From assembly GCA_963727625.1 (NCBI GenBank), contig CAVSHR010000008.1, positions 64,001 to 128,000 on the forward strand: a DNA stretch of 64,000 nucleotides, written 5' to 3'. Below the pieces are notes generated by a model that had not been told where the DNA came from, made no database searches, and worked only from the letters and a program-made list of their open reading frames with translations. A program made the translations under genes and the position numbers. This DNA is from an uncultured delta proteobacterium (GTDB lineage: Bacteria; Desulfobacterota; Binatia; UBA9968). Positions 40,612 through 49,187 of the stretch are shown here, in pieces (positions within the stretch are counted from its first letter, which is position 1; each line of letters opens with the position of its first letter).

Positions 40612-41085
40612 TTGCCTACTGAGATCGAACGGAAATTTCTTGTTACGGGAACCGAGTGGCGCCAAGCCAACGGCGTTCGCTTTAGTCAGGGTTACTTGAA
40701 CCGGGATAAAGAGAGAACGGTCAGAGTCCGTTTGGCTGGGGAACAGGCCTTTCTTACCATCAAGGGCCTCACTACGGGAGCGTCACGGTCGGAGTTCGAA
40801 TACCAAATCCCGGTTGCCGACGCCGAGCAGTTATTGAAGTTATGTGACGGTCCAATCATTCAAAAGGTGAGATATTCAGTCGTTTACAAGGGCTTCAAGT
40901 GGGAAGTTGACGAGTTCTTGGGCGAAAATGCAGGGCTGGTAATTGCGGAAGTAGAACTAGAAAGTGAAGGCCAGCAATTCGACCGTCCAGTCTGGTTGGG
41001 GCGCGAAGTCTCTGATGATCCGCGCTACTTCAACTCGAATCTTGCTACAAACCCCTACAGTGCTTGGCGTGGACTTCCGGCTTGA
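40612..41085 (+). CDS. CYTH domain protein (triphosphate tunnel enzyme)
   Basis: EIERKFLV, QGYL, VRVR, LTIKG, WEVDEF and AEVEL. Confidence 0.92.
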   Translation: MPTEIERKFLVTGTEWRQANGVRFSQGYLNRDKERTVRVRLAGEQAFLTIKGLTTGASRSEFEYQIPVADAEQLLKLCDGPIIQKVRYSVVYKGFKWEVDEFLGENAGLVIAEVELESEGQQFDRPVWLGREVSDDPRYFNSNLATNPYSAWRGLPA

Positions 41086-41098
41086 AGAAATAAAAAAG
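41083..41098 (+). repeat. 16-bp direct repeat TGAAGAAATAAAAAAG, copy 2
   Basis: Begins at the CYTH stop codon; followed by the hairpin TTGGGCG-N9-CGCCCAA. Confidence 0.8.
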
Positions 41099-41670
41099 TT
41101 GGGCGGAATTTTTTCGCCCAATATCCCGCACACTATCCCGCTGTTTTCCTAGCGTTTCTTAGCCGATATTCGATCACACGCGGTGCTTTGGCGCCACTTC
41201 GCGCGCCGTCCAACCCGTTGACTCCACTGCTAGCCCAACTTTCTCAACTCGGATCGGAATGAAGTTTTTTAGCGGGTATGAAGGCGAAAAAGCTTCGTGA
41301 TTTCAAGGGGTGAGAGTTTCAAAGCGGCTGTAGTGTAGACCAAGTATCTTTTCAAGGGAAAGTTTTTGCGTACAATCAGACACCAAGATGTATTTACGCT
41401 GCAATCGGAGATTGAAGGACGGCAAAGAGCATTGCTATTGGAACATCGTCGAGAGTAAACGCTGCGCTGGGGGCAAGGTGGTGCAGCGCCAAGTGTTGTA
41501 TCTGGGCGAGCTCAACGACAGCCAGCACCAATCGTGGTACCGGGTGATTGAAGCCTTCGATGAGCAAAGCCAACAGCGCACGCAGCTGGCGTTATTCCCG
41601 GCGGAAAAGGAGTTGCCCGCGCACGCCGAGGGTTACGCAGTGCAGGTGCGTCTTGAGGCGATGGAGCTTA

Positions 41671-42766
41671 CTAAGGAGGCCACAATTTAGAGACTACGCA
41701 GCGGCGGCATAGCAGGTATCGGGTGCCTGAAAGAATGAGCGAACGATTTCAGGACTCTTTTGTAAGTATCGCAGTCTTCCCACCACAGCTCGATGCAAGT
41801 CACGCGGGCCGTGAACCAGGGTGCGACCCACGCCGTTGTTTTTCACATCATTCCAGACAAACTCGTCAGGGTTGAGTTCCGGTGAGTACGGAGGCAAAAA
41901 GAACAACTTTAGTTTTTCACTCAGTGAATCGACGTAGCTCCTCACGCTTTTGGAGCGATGAGAAGGATGACCATCCACGATTAGGAAAGCCGCACGTCGC
42001 CGGCCCTGCATTAACCGCTTAAGAAATTCTATGAACACCCGGGCACCCACGCCCCCGCGCACGACCATGAACCGCAGAGATCCCTTCGGGCTGATCGCCG
42101 AGATCATGTTCAGGCTAAAGCGCTGCCCGGTTACCCTGACCACAGGAGTCTTCCCCCTGGGGGCCCAAGTCGTCCCGCTATGGAAATCCGAACGAACCCC
42201 AGACTCATCCTCAAAAAATATCTCAGCACCTTCACGCTTCGCCATGGCACGAATTTTCGGATACTCCCTTTTGAGCCATTGCTCCACTAAGGACGGATTC
42301 TGCTGGTAAGCACGAAACAGCGGCTTCTGACAGGTCAGTCCTAACTGAGCCAGCAGTCTTCCAATCGAGCTCAGGCTCAACCGCATCCTAAACTTTCGAT
42401 AAACCACGGTCCTGATTTGGGAACGCGTCCACAGGGCGAAAGGAAGCTTCAATTGAAGCGGGTTTTTCATAGTCACCGTATTATAGATCCATTGGATTTG
42501 CCTGCCCGTAAGCCGTTTCGGTCGACCCGTACCCTTGCGGGCTCGAAGGGCGTCCCAGCCGCCCACCCGATAACTGGCTAGCCATACGAATATCCGATTC
42601 GCATATAGGCCCATCTCGCGCGCCACTACCGTAGGAGCTTGCCCTCCTTGTACGGCCTTGACCGCTTTGAATCTTATTTCTTCGAGCTTTGCATGGCTTA
42701 GCTTGCGTCCGTCGATATTCATCGATCGAACCATAACACATAGTTACTAAATTATGAACTGATTAG
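41671..42766 (-). mobile_element. IS630-family insertion sequence
   Basis: TA duplication (41669-70 and 42767-68); imperfect IRs CTAAGGAGGCCACAATTTAG versus CTAATCAGTTCATAATTTAG (15/20). Confidence 0.92.
41694..42722 (-). CDS. IS630 transposase (intact)
   Basis: FEDESG, IVDGHPSH and LPPYSPELNPDEFVW. Confidence 0.95.
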   Translation of the reverse strand: MNIDGRKLSHAKLEEIRFKAVKAVQGGQAPTVVAREMGLYANRIFVWLASYRVGGWDALRARKGTGRPKRLTGRQIQWIYNTVTMKNPLQLKLPFALWTRSQIRTVVYRKFRMRLSLSSIGRLLAQLGLTCQKPLFRAYQQNPSLVEQWLKREYPKIRAMAKREGAEIFFEDESGVRSDFHSGTTWAPRGKTPVVRVTGQRFSLNMISAISPKGSLRFMVVRGGVGARVFIEFLKRLMQGRRRAAFLIVDGHPSHRSKSVRSYVDSLSEKLKLFFLPPYSPELNPDEFVWNDVKNNGVGRTLVHGPRDLHRAVVGRLRYLQKSPEIVRSFFQAPDTCYAAAA

Positions 42767-43900
42767 TAATCGGCCGCGCCAGTTTGGCGCGTGCTGGTTG
42801 GCTTGTCATCTCTACGAGCAGTTGGGCCTGGAGCAGTTCTGGAAGGATCGTTTGCCCGATAGTCGTGAGGGCACTTGTTGGCAGCATGTTGTTCAGACGT
42901 TGGTGTGTTACGGGCTGATTGATCCGGGCAGCGAGTGGCGATTGCACCGGCTGTGGTATGAGCAGAGCGCGATGGGCGATCTGTTGGGCGAGGACTTTGC
43001 GCTGGTGGAGAAAAATGCCCTATATCGCTGTCTGGACAAAGTGATCGAGCATAAGCAAGCCCTGTTTAGTCATCTCACCGAGCGCTGGCAGGATCTGTTT
43101 GGCGCCAAGTTCGATGTGCTGCTCTACGATCTGACCAGCACCTATTTTGAGTCCAGCCGACCCGATGACGAGAACGACAAGCGGCGCTACGGCTACAGCC
43201 GCGACAAGCGTTCGGACTGCGTCCAAGTGGTCATCGCATTGGTGGTGACACCGGACGGTTTTCCGTTGGCCTACGAAGTGCTGGCGGGCAACACCTCGGA
43301 GCGGACCACGCTTAAGGATTTTTTAACCAAGATTGAAACTCAGTACGGCAAAGCCCAACGCATCTGGGTGATGGATCGCGGTGTTCCCACCGAGAAAATC
43401 CTCACCGAGATGCGCCAGAGCGATCCGCCGGTGTATTATCTGGTGGGCACGCCCAAAGCGAGACTGAGTAAATTGGAACAAGAGCTAGTTGCGCTGCCCT
43501 GGCAAGCGGTGCGGTGCGGTGTCGAAGTGAAACTGTTAGCCCAGGAGCAAGAACTCTACGTGTTGGCCAAGAGTATCGATCGAGTCAACAAAGAACGCTC
43601 GATGCGCCAAAGGCAGCTCAGAGCGCTGTTCAAGCGGCTCAAAGAACTGCATGGGATGAAATTTAACAAAAGCCAAGCCTTGCTGCTCAAACTGGGAGCG
43701 GCCAAGGGAAAATATCGGGCGGCCTGGCGGCTGATTGACATCGTCCTACCTGAAGCCAAAAAACGCGCGGGCAAAATCGCTTTGGCGATTGTGTTGATGT
43801 TGACACTCGTGGGCCTAAAGGCGTAGATTATTCCCCAATCGAGCATTTAGCCAAGACTATAGCGTTATCGAGATTCGATTGGCGGAAGGTTAGCTTCGGT

Positions 43901-44665
43901 ATGTTTACGACTGCTTTTGATGCGGGTGGCAGTAAAGATGATCAGGATTTTATTGTCCTAGCTGGCTTCATAGCGCCGGCAGATGCCTGGATTGAATTTG
44001 ATCGTTACTGGCGCGATCGCTTAGCGCAAGAGGGATTAAACTACTTTCATATGGTGGATTTTGCTCAATTCGCGGGAGAATTCAAAGTCGGGTGGAGAGA
44101 TAACGAACCTCGTCGGCGAGCCTTGTTACGGAATCTGATAGAGCTTATTGAGCGCTATGCATCGCGGAAATTTGGTGCTGTCGTGCCGATTGAAGCTTTT
44201 AAACGTCAGTCTCCACCAGAGGGATGGGAAACGTATGACCTGTGTCCTTATTCGCTGGCGGCAATGCATACTGCGGCAAATGTGATGCGTTGGTGTATCC
44301 GCGACGGGTCGCCGCAATTCGAAAACATTAGCTTTATTTTTGAAGATGGTGATACGGGCGGCAAGGGGCGAGTCGAAAAGCAGTTTAAGGTTAACTTGGA
44401 TATGAGGCCTTTATTTAAACCTAAAAAGGATACACCGAACAACAAGACAGGCATGATAAAACCGATGTGGACTCCGCTTCATGCTGCTGATTTTTTGGCT
44501 TATGAAGTTTTTAAGTTTTGCAAAGAGTTTCAGGCTGGAAAACTTACGACCGAAAAATTACGATGGGGGTTGAAAGAATGTCAGAAAGCTCAGGGCGATA
44601 TAATGGTAATAGATGACAGCAATCTAGTCGAGGTTCGAATGCAAGCGCAACGTAGAAAACCGTGA
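43901..44665 (+). CDS. DUF3800-like (RNase H-fold) protein, IS1595 passenger
   Basis: N-terminal AFDAGG, FHMVDF and C-terminal PLHAADFLAY match the DExG...QxAD pattern. Confidence 0.7.
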   Translation: MFTTAFDAGGSKDDQDFIVLAGFIAPADAWIEFDRYWRDRLAQEGLNYFHMVDFAQFAGEFKVGWRDNEPRRRALLRNLIELIERYASRKFGAVVPIEAFKRQSPPEGWETYDLCPYSLAAMHTAANVMRWCIRDGSPQFENISFIFEDGDTGGKGRVEKQFKVNLDMRPLFKPKKDTPNNKTGMIKPMWTPLHAADFLAYEVFKFCKEFQAGKLTTEKLRWGLKECQKAQGDIMVIDDSNLVEVRMQAQRRKP

Positions 44666-44691
44666 ACCTGCGGCTGTACAGAAAATCGCTA

Positions 44692-44841
44692 TCAAAGCAG
44701 TGTGTTGGCCAAGACAAAGGTCAATAGCCAGATGGCACCAAAGATAATCCAATATATCCGCTTCTGTTTGCCTTCGGACCCATACGCGGCCCAGGCGAAT
44801 GAAGAACTGAGAATAAATAGAGCGATGAAAAGATATTTCAC
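44692..44841 (-). CDS. Small 49-aa two-TM protein, IS1595 passenger
   Basis: Manual translation MKYLFIALFILSSSFAWAAYGSEGKQKRIYWIIFGAIWLLTFVLANTLL; starts 4 nt after the previous stop; below the ORF-track cutoff. Confidence 0.5.
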   Translation of the reverse strand: MKYLFIALFILSSSFAWAAYGSEGKQKRIYWIIFGAIWLLTFVLANTLL

Positions 44842-44845
44842 CGAG

Positions 44846-45118
44846 CTACGCGCAAGGCTTCGTGATTCGGAAAAAGACTGCCTGACCAGATTCTTTTATT
44901 CGGCGGAATCCCTGAACGTAGTGGTCAATAGCGTACTTGATTTGGCTATCAAAATCAGTCGTGCAAAACGAGCATCTCAAGCCTTTGGTTTTCCAGTCCA
45001 CTTGTTGCAATTTCTCATTGGAAATATCCAAGGTTACTTCAGTGCCGCACTGCTTGCACTCAAGCGAGATATATCTCAAATCGTCGTAAGAGATGCGAAG
45101 TTGACGCTCTTCGGTCAT
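44846..45118 (-). CDS. Small zinc-ribbon protein, IS1595 passenger
   Basis: CKQC...CSFC; ATGA overlap with the upstream small ORF. Confidence 0.65.
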   Translation of the reverse strand: MTEERQLRISYDDLRYISLECKQCGTEVTLDISNEKLQQVDWKTKGLRCSFCTTDFDSQIKYAIDHYVQGFRRIKESGQAVFFRITKPCA

Positions 45119-45255
45119 TTCCGTTTTTTCTTTGCAGGCGTAGGAGCAAGAGCGACTTTAACGGCCTTCTTAAACTTTCCCATGTCGGCGTTTTTGAGGG
45201 TCTCGCGGAGTCGGTCGTCTTCTTTTCTTGTAGCGGGAGTTATGGTGGTAGCCAC
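45115..45255 (-). CDS. Small basic 46-aa protein downstream of IS1595 transposase
   Basis: Manual translation MATTITPATRKEDDRLRETLKNADMGKFKKAVKVALAPTPAKKKRK; coupled to the next ORF. Confidence 0.45.
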   Translation of the reverse strand: MATTITPATRKEDDRLRETLKNADMGKFKKAVKVALAPTPAKKKRK

Positions 45256-45287
45256 CCCGATACTTTAGCGCAGAGAGTCTTATATGT

Positions 45288-46187
45288 CTACTTGCTGCAC
45301 GTCGTTACGAGATCCTTAAAAGCGTCAGCGTTCTTTCGTTGATTGTGCCGCCAAGTAAATTCGTTGACGTACATAGGGAGATATTCTTTACTGACATGAT
45401 GAAACTGGCCCATAATTCCACGCTTCAAGAGCGACCAGAAAGAATCGATGCTCGCAGTGTGAACGAGGCCACGCACGTATTCATGGGCGCTGTGGTTTAC
45501 GGAATCGTGGGGATAATCTGGCCTCAAATCTTCGTATTGAGGCGCGTCATCGGTAGCAACGAGCGAAACTCTTTCGCTGACGGTGCTCCGAACGAAACGA
45601 TCAAGAGTTTTCTTGGTGGTATTCTCGACAACCTTGGCAACGACCATGCCTTTACGAGCGATAGCGCCGATCACGGCGACCTTGCCGGCAGGGCCACGCC
45701 CATCTTGCTTCTTGCTCCAGTGGCGATTCTTGTTTTTCCCGCCGACGTAGGTTTCATCAACTTCAACTTCGCCAGTGAGAGGCGGGGTGTAGGTAAGATC
45801 GCCGTGCATTGCCGCACGCCAGCGCATGCACATATACCAGCTAGTACGGTAGTCAGATCCAGAATCTTCACCAAAGATAACGCGATGAACCTGCAAGGCG
45901 CTGACTCCCTTCTTACCGACGAGCATCAAGTAGCCGACCTTAAACCAAAGTTTCAAAGGCTTCTTGGTATCTTGAAAGAACGTTCCGGTAAGAACCGAAA
46001 AGCGGTATCCGTTGCGACCGCCACAAGCTTTACAGACCCAGTTAAACGGGCGTGCTTTCAGCGTGTAGACCTTGGCGTTATCGCAACGTGGGCAATGCAC
46101 ACCTTTCGGCCAGCGCATCTCAACCAAAAAAAGGCGGCAAGACTCTTCGGTGGGAAATTGCTTGTCGAAGGCATCAATTGTTTTCAT
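45288..46187 (-). CDS. IS1595 transposase (intact)
   Basis: RWPKGVHCPRC zinc ribbon, VEVDETYVGG, TDD, VNHS and IDSFWSLLKR. Confidence 0.95.
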   Translation of the reverse strand: MKTIDAFDKQFPTEESCRLFLVEMRWPKGVHCPRCDNAKVYTLKARPFNWVCKACGGRNGYRFSVLTGTFFQDTKKPLKLWFKVGYLMLVGKKGVSALQVHRVIFGEDSGSDYRTSWYMCMRWRAAMHGDLTYTPPLTGEVEVDETYVGGKNKNRHWSKKQDGRGPAGKVAVIGAIARKGMVVAKVVENTTKKTLDRFVRSTVSERVSLVATDDAPQYEDLRPDYPHDSVNHSAHEYVRGLVHTASIDSFWSLLKRGIMGQFHHVSKEYLPMYVNEFTWRHNQRKNADAFKDLVTTCSK

Positions 46188-46923
46188 GCTCCAAAGGTAG
46201 CAAATTTATGAACGAGTGTCAACATCAACATAATCACCTTCGCTTTCTCGTTCCGGCTCAATCGGCAAAAGCTGAGAGAAGTACGCCGGCGCGAGGGCCG
46301 CTATCTATTACGGACCAATCTGACGGGCCGAGAGCCGGCGCAACTCTGGCAGTTCTACATCCAACTGGTCGAGATCGAAGCGACCTTCAAAAACTTAAAA
46401 GACGATCTGCAATTGCGGCCGATTTACCACCAGCTTCAACACCGCATCGAAGCGCATATCTTTGTCGCCTTTATGGCCTACTGCCTCAACGTTACGCTCA
46501 AGGCGCGCCTGCGGCCTGTGGCCGCTGGGCTGACCCCGCGCGCGGTGCTCGATAAGTTTGCCACCATGCAAATGTTGGACGTGAAGTTTCCCACCACTGA
46601 CGGGCGCATGTTGATCCTTAGCCGTTACACTGAGCCTGACACCGATCACAAACTTTTCTTAGAACAGCTCAAGCTCAGGATACCGCCCCAGCCGCCACCA
46701 CGAATCACCGCCCGTGGCCAACGCGTACACTGACGACAGAAAGCCCGATGTAGTGCAGACCTTTTGACTGTGCAGGTTGATTTTGTTGGCTTTTTAGATC
46801 GACTACCCTTCCAGTTGGGAAGGTTGGGCTAGACCACACGGGACGAAGCGCCGAGTCCAGATATTTCACCGCCCAAATCGCCCATCGACCGTCGCCATTA
46901 TCACGTTCCAAAGGAGTGTAACG

Positions 46924-47139
46924 ATGGCGCATACGATCTTGAGACTTCCCGAGGTAAAGCGAAGCACAGGGCTATCCCGCAGTACGATTTATCTCAAAAT
47001 CGCCCAGGACACATTTCCAAAGCCAATTCCCCTGGGGTCGCGGGCTGTGGGTTGGCTGGAAGCGGAGATCCAGGACTGGTTGCAGCGGCGCATCGACGCG
47101 AGCCGTAATAGTCGAGAGCAGCAAAGTCTCCGTAAATAG
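46924..47139 (+). CDS. AlpA family regulator / recombination directionality factor
   Basis: ILRLPEVKRSTGLSRSTIY...FPKPIPLGSRAVGWLEAEI; AAGGAG RBS. Confidence 0.93.
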   Translation: MAHTILRLPEVKRSTGLSRSTIYLKIAQDTFPKPIPLGSRAVGWLEAEIQDWLQRRIDASRNSREQQSLRK

Positions 47140-47165
47140 TGACTTTGGACAGGGAGCCGCGACCA

Positions 47166-48329
47166 ATGCAAACGCACAACCCAAGTAACGAACGGATCAA
47201 GCGACAGTATTTCGCTTACCTGAAGGAGGCCAAACGCCATAGTGAGGCAACCGTGGACGCAGTGGCTAAAGCTTTGGCTCGGTTCGAGGCCGACACCAAG
47301 TATCGCGACTTCAAGGCTTTCCATATGAGCAGGCGATCGCTTTCAAGAACCGCCTGGCGCAACAGGACAGTCAAGTTGACCGGCGAGAAATTGAGCAAGG
47401 CGACCTTGCACGCGACGCTTGCGGATTTGAAACGGTTCTTTCAATGGTTGGCCGGGCAGCCGGGCTACAAGTCCCGGCTGCAGATATTCGGACGCGGACT
47501 ATTTCAACTTGTCCGAGAAAGACACGCGAATCGCGACTGCACAGCGCGAAAAGAAATTCCCGACCTTGGAGCAGGTCAAGCATGTCATTGCAGCAATGCC
47601 GAGCAACTCCGAGATCGAGCGGCGCGATCGTGCGCTTATAGCTTTTACGCTACTGACCGGGGCGCGGGACAGTGCCATCGCATCGATGAAACTGAAGCAC
47701 GTCGATCTAGCGGCTGGATGCGTCTACCAAGACGCCCGCGAAGTGAACACCAAGTTCAGTAAAACCTTCACGACGTACTTTTTCCCCGTCGGCGACGAAA
47801 TTCGCCAAATCGTCGAGCGATTGGGTGAACTACCTGCGGCAAGAAAAGTTATGGGGTAATGACGACCCGCTGTTTCCGGCGACCCGGGTTGCAGTCGGCG
47901 TGGAGCGCCGATTCCGAGTGGTTGGTATAGAGCGCAAACATTGGAGCAGCGCGACGGCGATCCGTAAAATCTTTCGCGAAGCGTTTCAAACCGCCGGCCT
48001 GCCCTACTTCAATCCGCATAGCTTACGCAACACACTGGTCCAGCTCGGCGAGACTGTGTGCAAGACGCCCGAGGAGTTCAAAGCCTGGAGCCAGAATCTC
48101 GGCCACGAACAAGTGCTCACGACCTTTTGCAGTTATGGCCAGGTAGCGAGCGCGCGGCAGGCTGAGATCATGCGAGATGTCGCCAAGCCGAAGCGGGACG
48201 GAGCGAGCCGACGCTGCGGAATTTGCGAAAGCTGTAGCCCGGGAGTTGGCAGCGCAGAAGCGCGTCGGAATCAAAAAAACTATGAGCAGGGGCGTTGGTG
48301 CGGGGGCAACTTTGGGGGCAGCAGGGTAA
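47166..48329 (+). pseudogene. Second tyrosine recombinase (multiple frameshifts; end approximate)
   Basis: HNPSNERIKRQYF, RDRALIAFTLLTGARD, PHSLR, NLGHE and CSYG occur in successive frames. Confidence 0.85.
48302..48322 (+). repeat. Putative integrase arm-type sites, right junction
   Basis: GGGGGCAAC-TTT-GGGGGCAGC, the same motif as at 12885-12948. Confidence 0.75.
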
Positions 48330-48377
48330 TTTCACTATTATAAATTTATGTATTTTCAATGACTTATCGTGGAAAAG

Positions 48378-48401
48378 CGATTCCCTTCGGCCCACCAATT
48401 T
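48378..48401 (+). repeat. attR core CGATTCCCTTCGGC-CCACCAATTT
   Basis: Copy of the tRNA-Ala 3' end with a 1-nt deletion. Confidence 0.9.
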
Positions 48402-48464
48402 CACCTTCAGTTTTCCGCTATAAATATCTGAGTTAACGCTGGCCGCCTAGAGGCTGTTTGTCAA

Positions 48465-49136
48465 TTACTGGACCAAGTCGGAGCTGGTGACGGTGTTGAT
48501 AAACGCGCTCTCGCGCTTGGTATAGGCACGGTATTCATTGCCGAGGCGGTGATAGGGGTCTCGCGAGGTAATTTTCAGTATTTGCCCTTTCAGCTCGACA
48601 GCAATGCGCGCCTTGCCGGCGGGATCCTCAAGGCTGAATGTGCCGGCATTCTTGTTTAGGCCAGCCGCTTTGAAACCGACGGACTCACCGAGCGCCGCGA
48701 CCGTTTCTAACGGATCTTTGGCCGATATTTTTACTAGGTACCAATAGTCGTTGACAAACGGTTCCTCTTCAAAGAAGCGCGCGACCTCAATGGCTTTGAT
48801 GATTCCGGCCGCGTTGAAGGCAACACTCACGATCGCACGAGTGTTTGTCGGCACGACTCCCGCAGTGATCGGCAGGGCGCCTGGACCCTGTCGGCGATCG
48901 GAAATTTCAAACTGCCGGTCGGCAAATTGATAGATCCAGCGGTTACGATCGCCGCCGTGCTCGGCGCCGAAGATGCTCTCGACTTGGTTCTTGTCGGATT
49001 GTCCGATCCTGATTCTGGCGACTTTGTCCTCGACGGAAACTTGCGAAATGAATTCGGGCGATGAAGCGCAGCCATAAACAGCCAGGATCGCCACAATGGA
49101 TATTAGGAGATGTTCTTGCCGGTGCATGATCCGCAT
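48465..49136 (-). CDS. Putative lipoprotein (BamE/SmpA-like N-terminal region)
   Basis: VYGC lipobox; IRIGQSDKNQVESIFG...WIY. Confidence 0.6.
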   Translation of the reverse strand: MRIMHRQEHLLISIVAILAVYGCASSPEFISQVSVEDKVARIRIGQSDKNQVESIFGAEHGGDRNRWIYQFADRQFEISDRRQGPGALPITAGVVPTNTRAIVSVAFNAAGIIKAIEVARFFEEEPFVNDYWYLVKISAKDPLETVAALGESVGFKAAGLNKNAGTFSLEDPAGKARIAVELKGQILKITSRDPYHRLGNEYRAYTKRESAFINTVTSSDLVQ

Positions 49137-49187
49137 CGCTAAGGAAGCCTTTTTGTCAATTTGCCGAGAACGTCGTTCGGTGGTTTG

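Larger units (their letters stand above)
43784..46238 (-). mobile_element. IS1595-family element carrying passenger genes
   Basis: 27-bp IRs GG(C/T)GATT(G/A)TGTTGATGTTGACACTCGT (25/27); flanking ATCGCTTT and TTCGCTTT target duplication. Confidence 0.92.
41388..46733 (+). pseudogene. IS1634 transposase in three pieces (41388-41670, 42769-43783, 46247-46733)
   Basis: The pieces rejoin in frame (MEL|NRPRQFG and GKIAF|SFRLNRQK); motifs LYDLTSTYFE, VMDRG and IEATFKNLK. Confidence 0.9.
41230..46832 (+). mobile_element. IS1634-family element interrupted by two nested IS
   Basis: Terminal IRs CTAGCCCAACTTTCTCAACT and AGTTGGGAAGGTTGGGCTAG match 18/20 including the flanking CTAG; subterminal TGTAGTG(T/C)AGACC at 41329 and 46749. 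Confidence 0.88.

Noticed and set aside
44702-45268. 188-aa plus-strand ORF in the IS1595 element
   Set aside because: It is a shadow of three coupled minus-strand ORFs, with no recognisable motifs.
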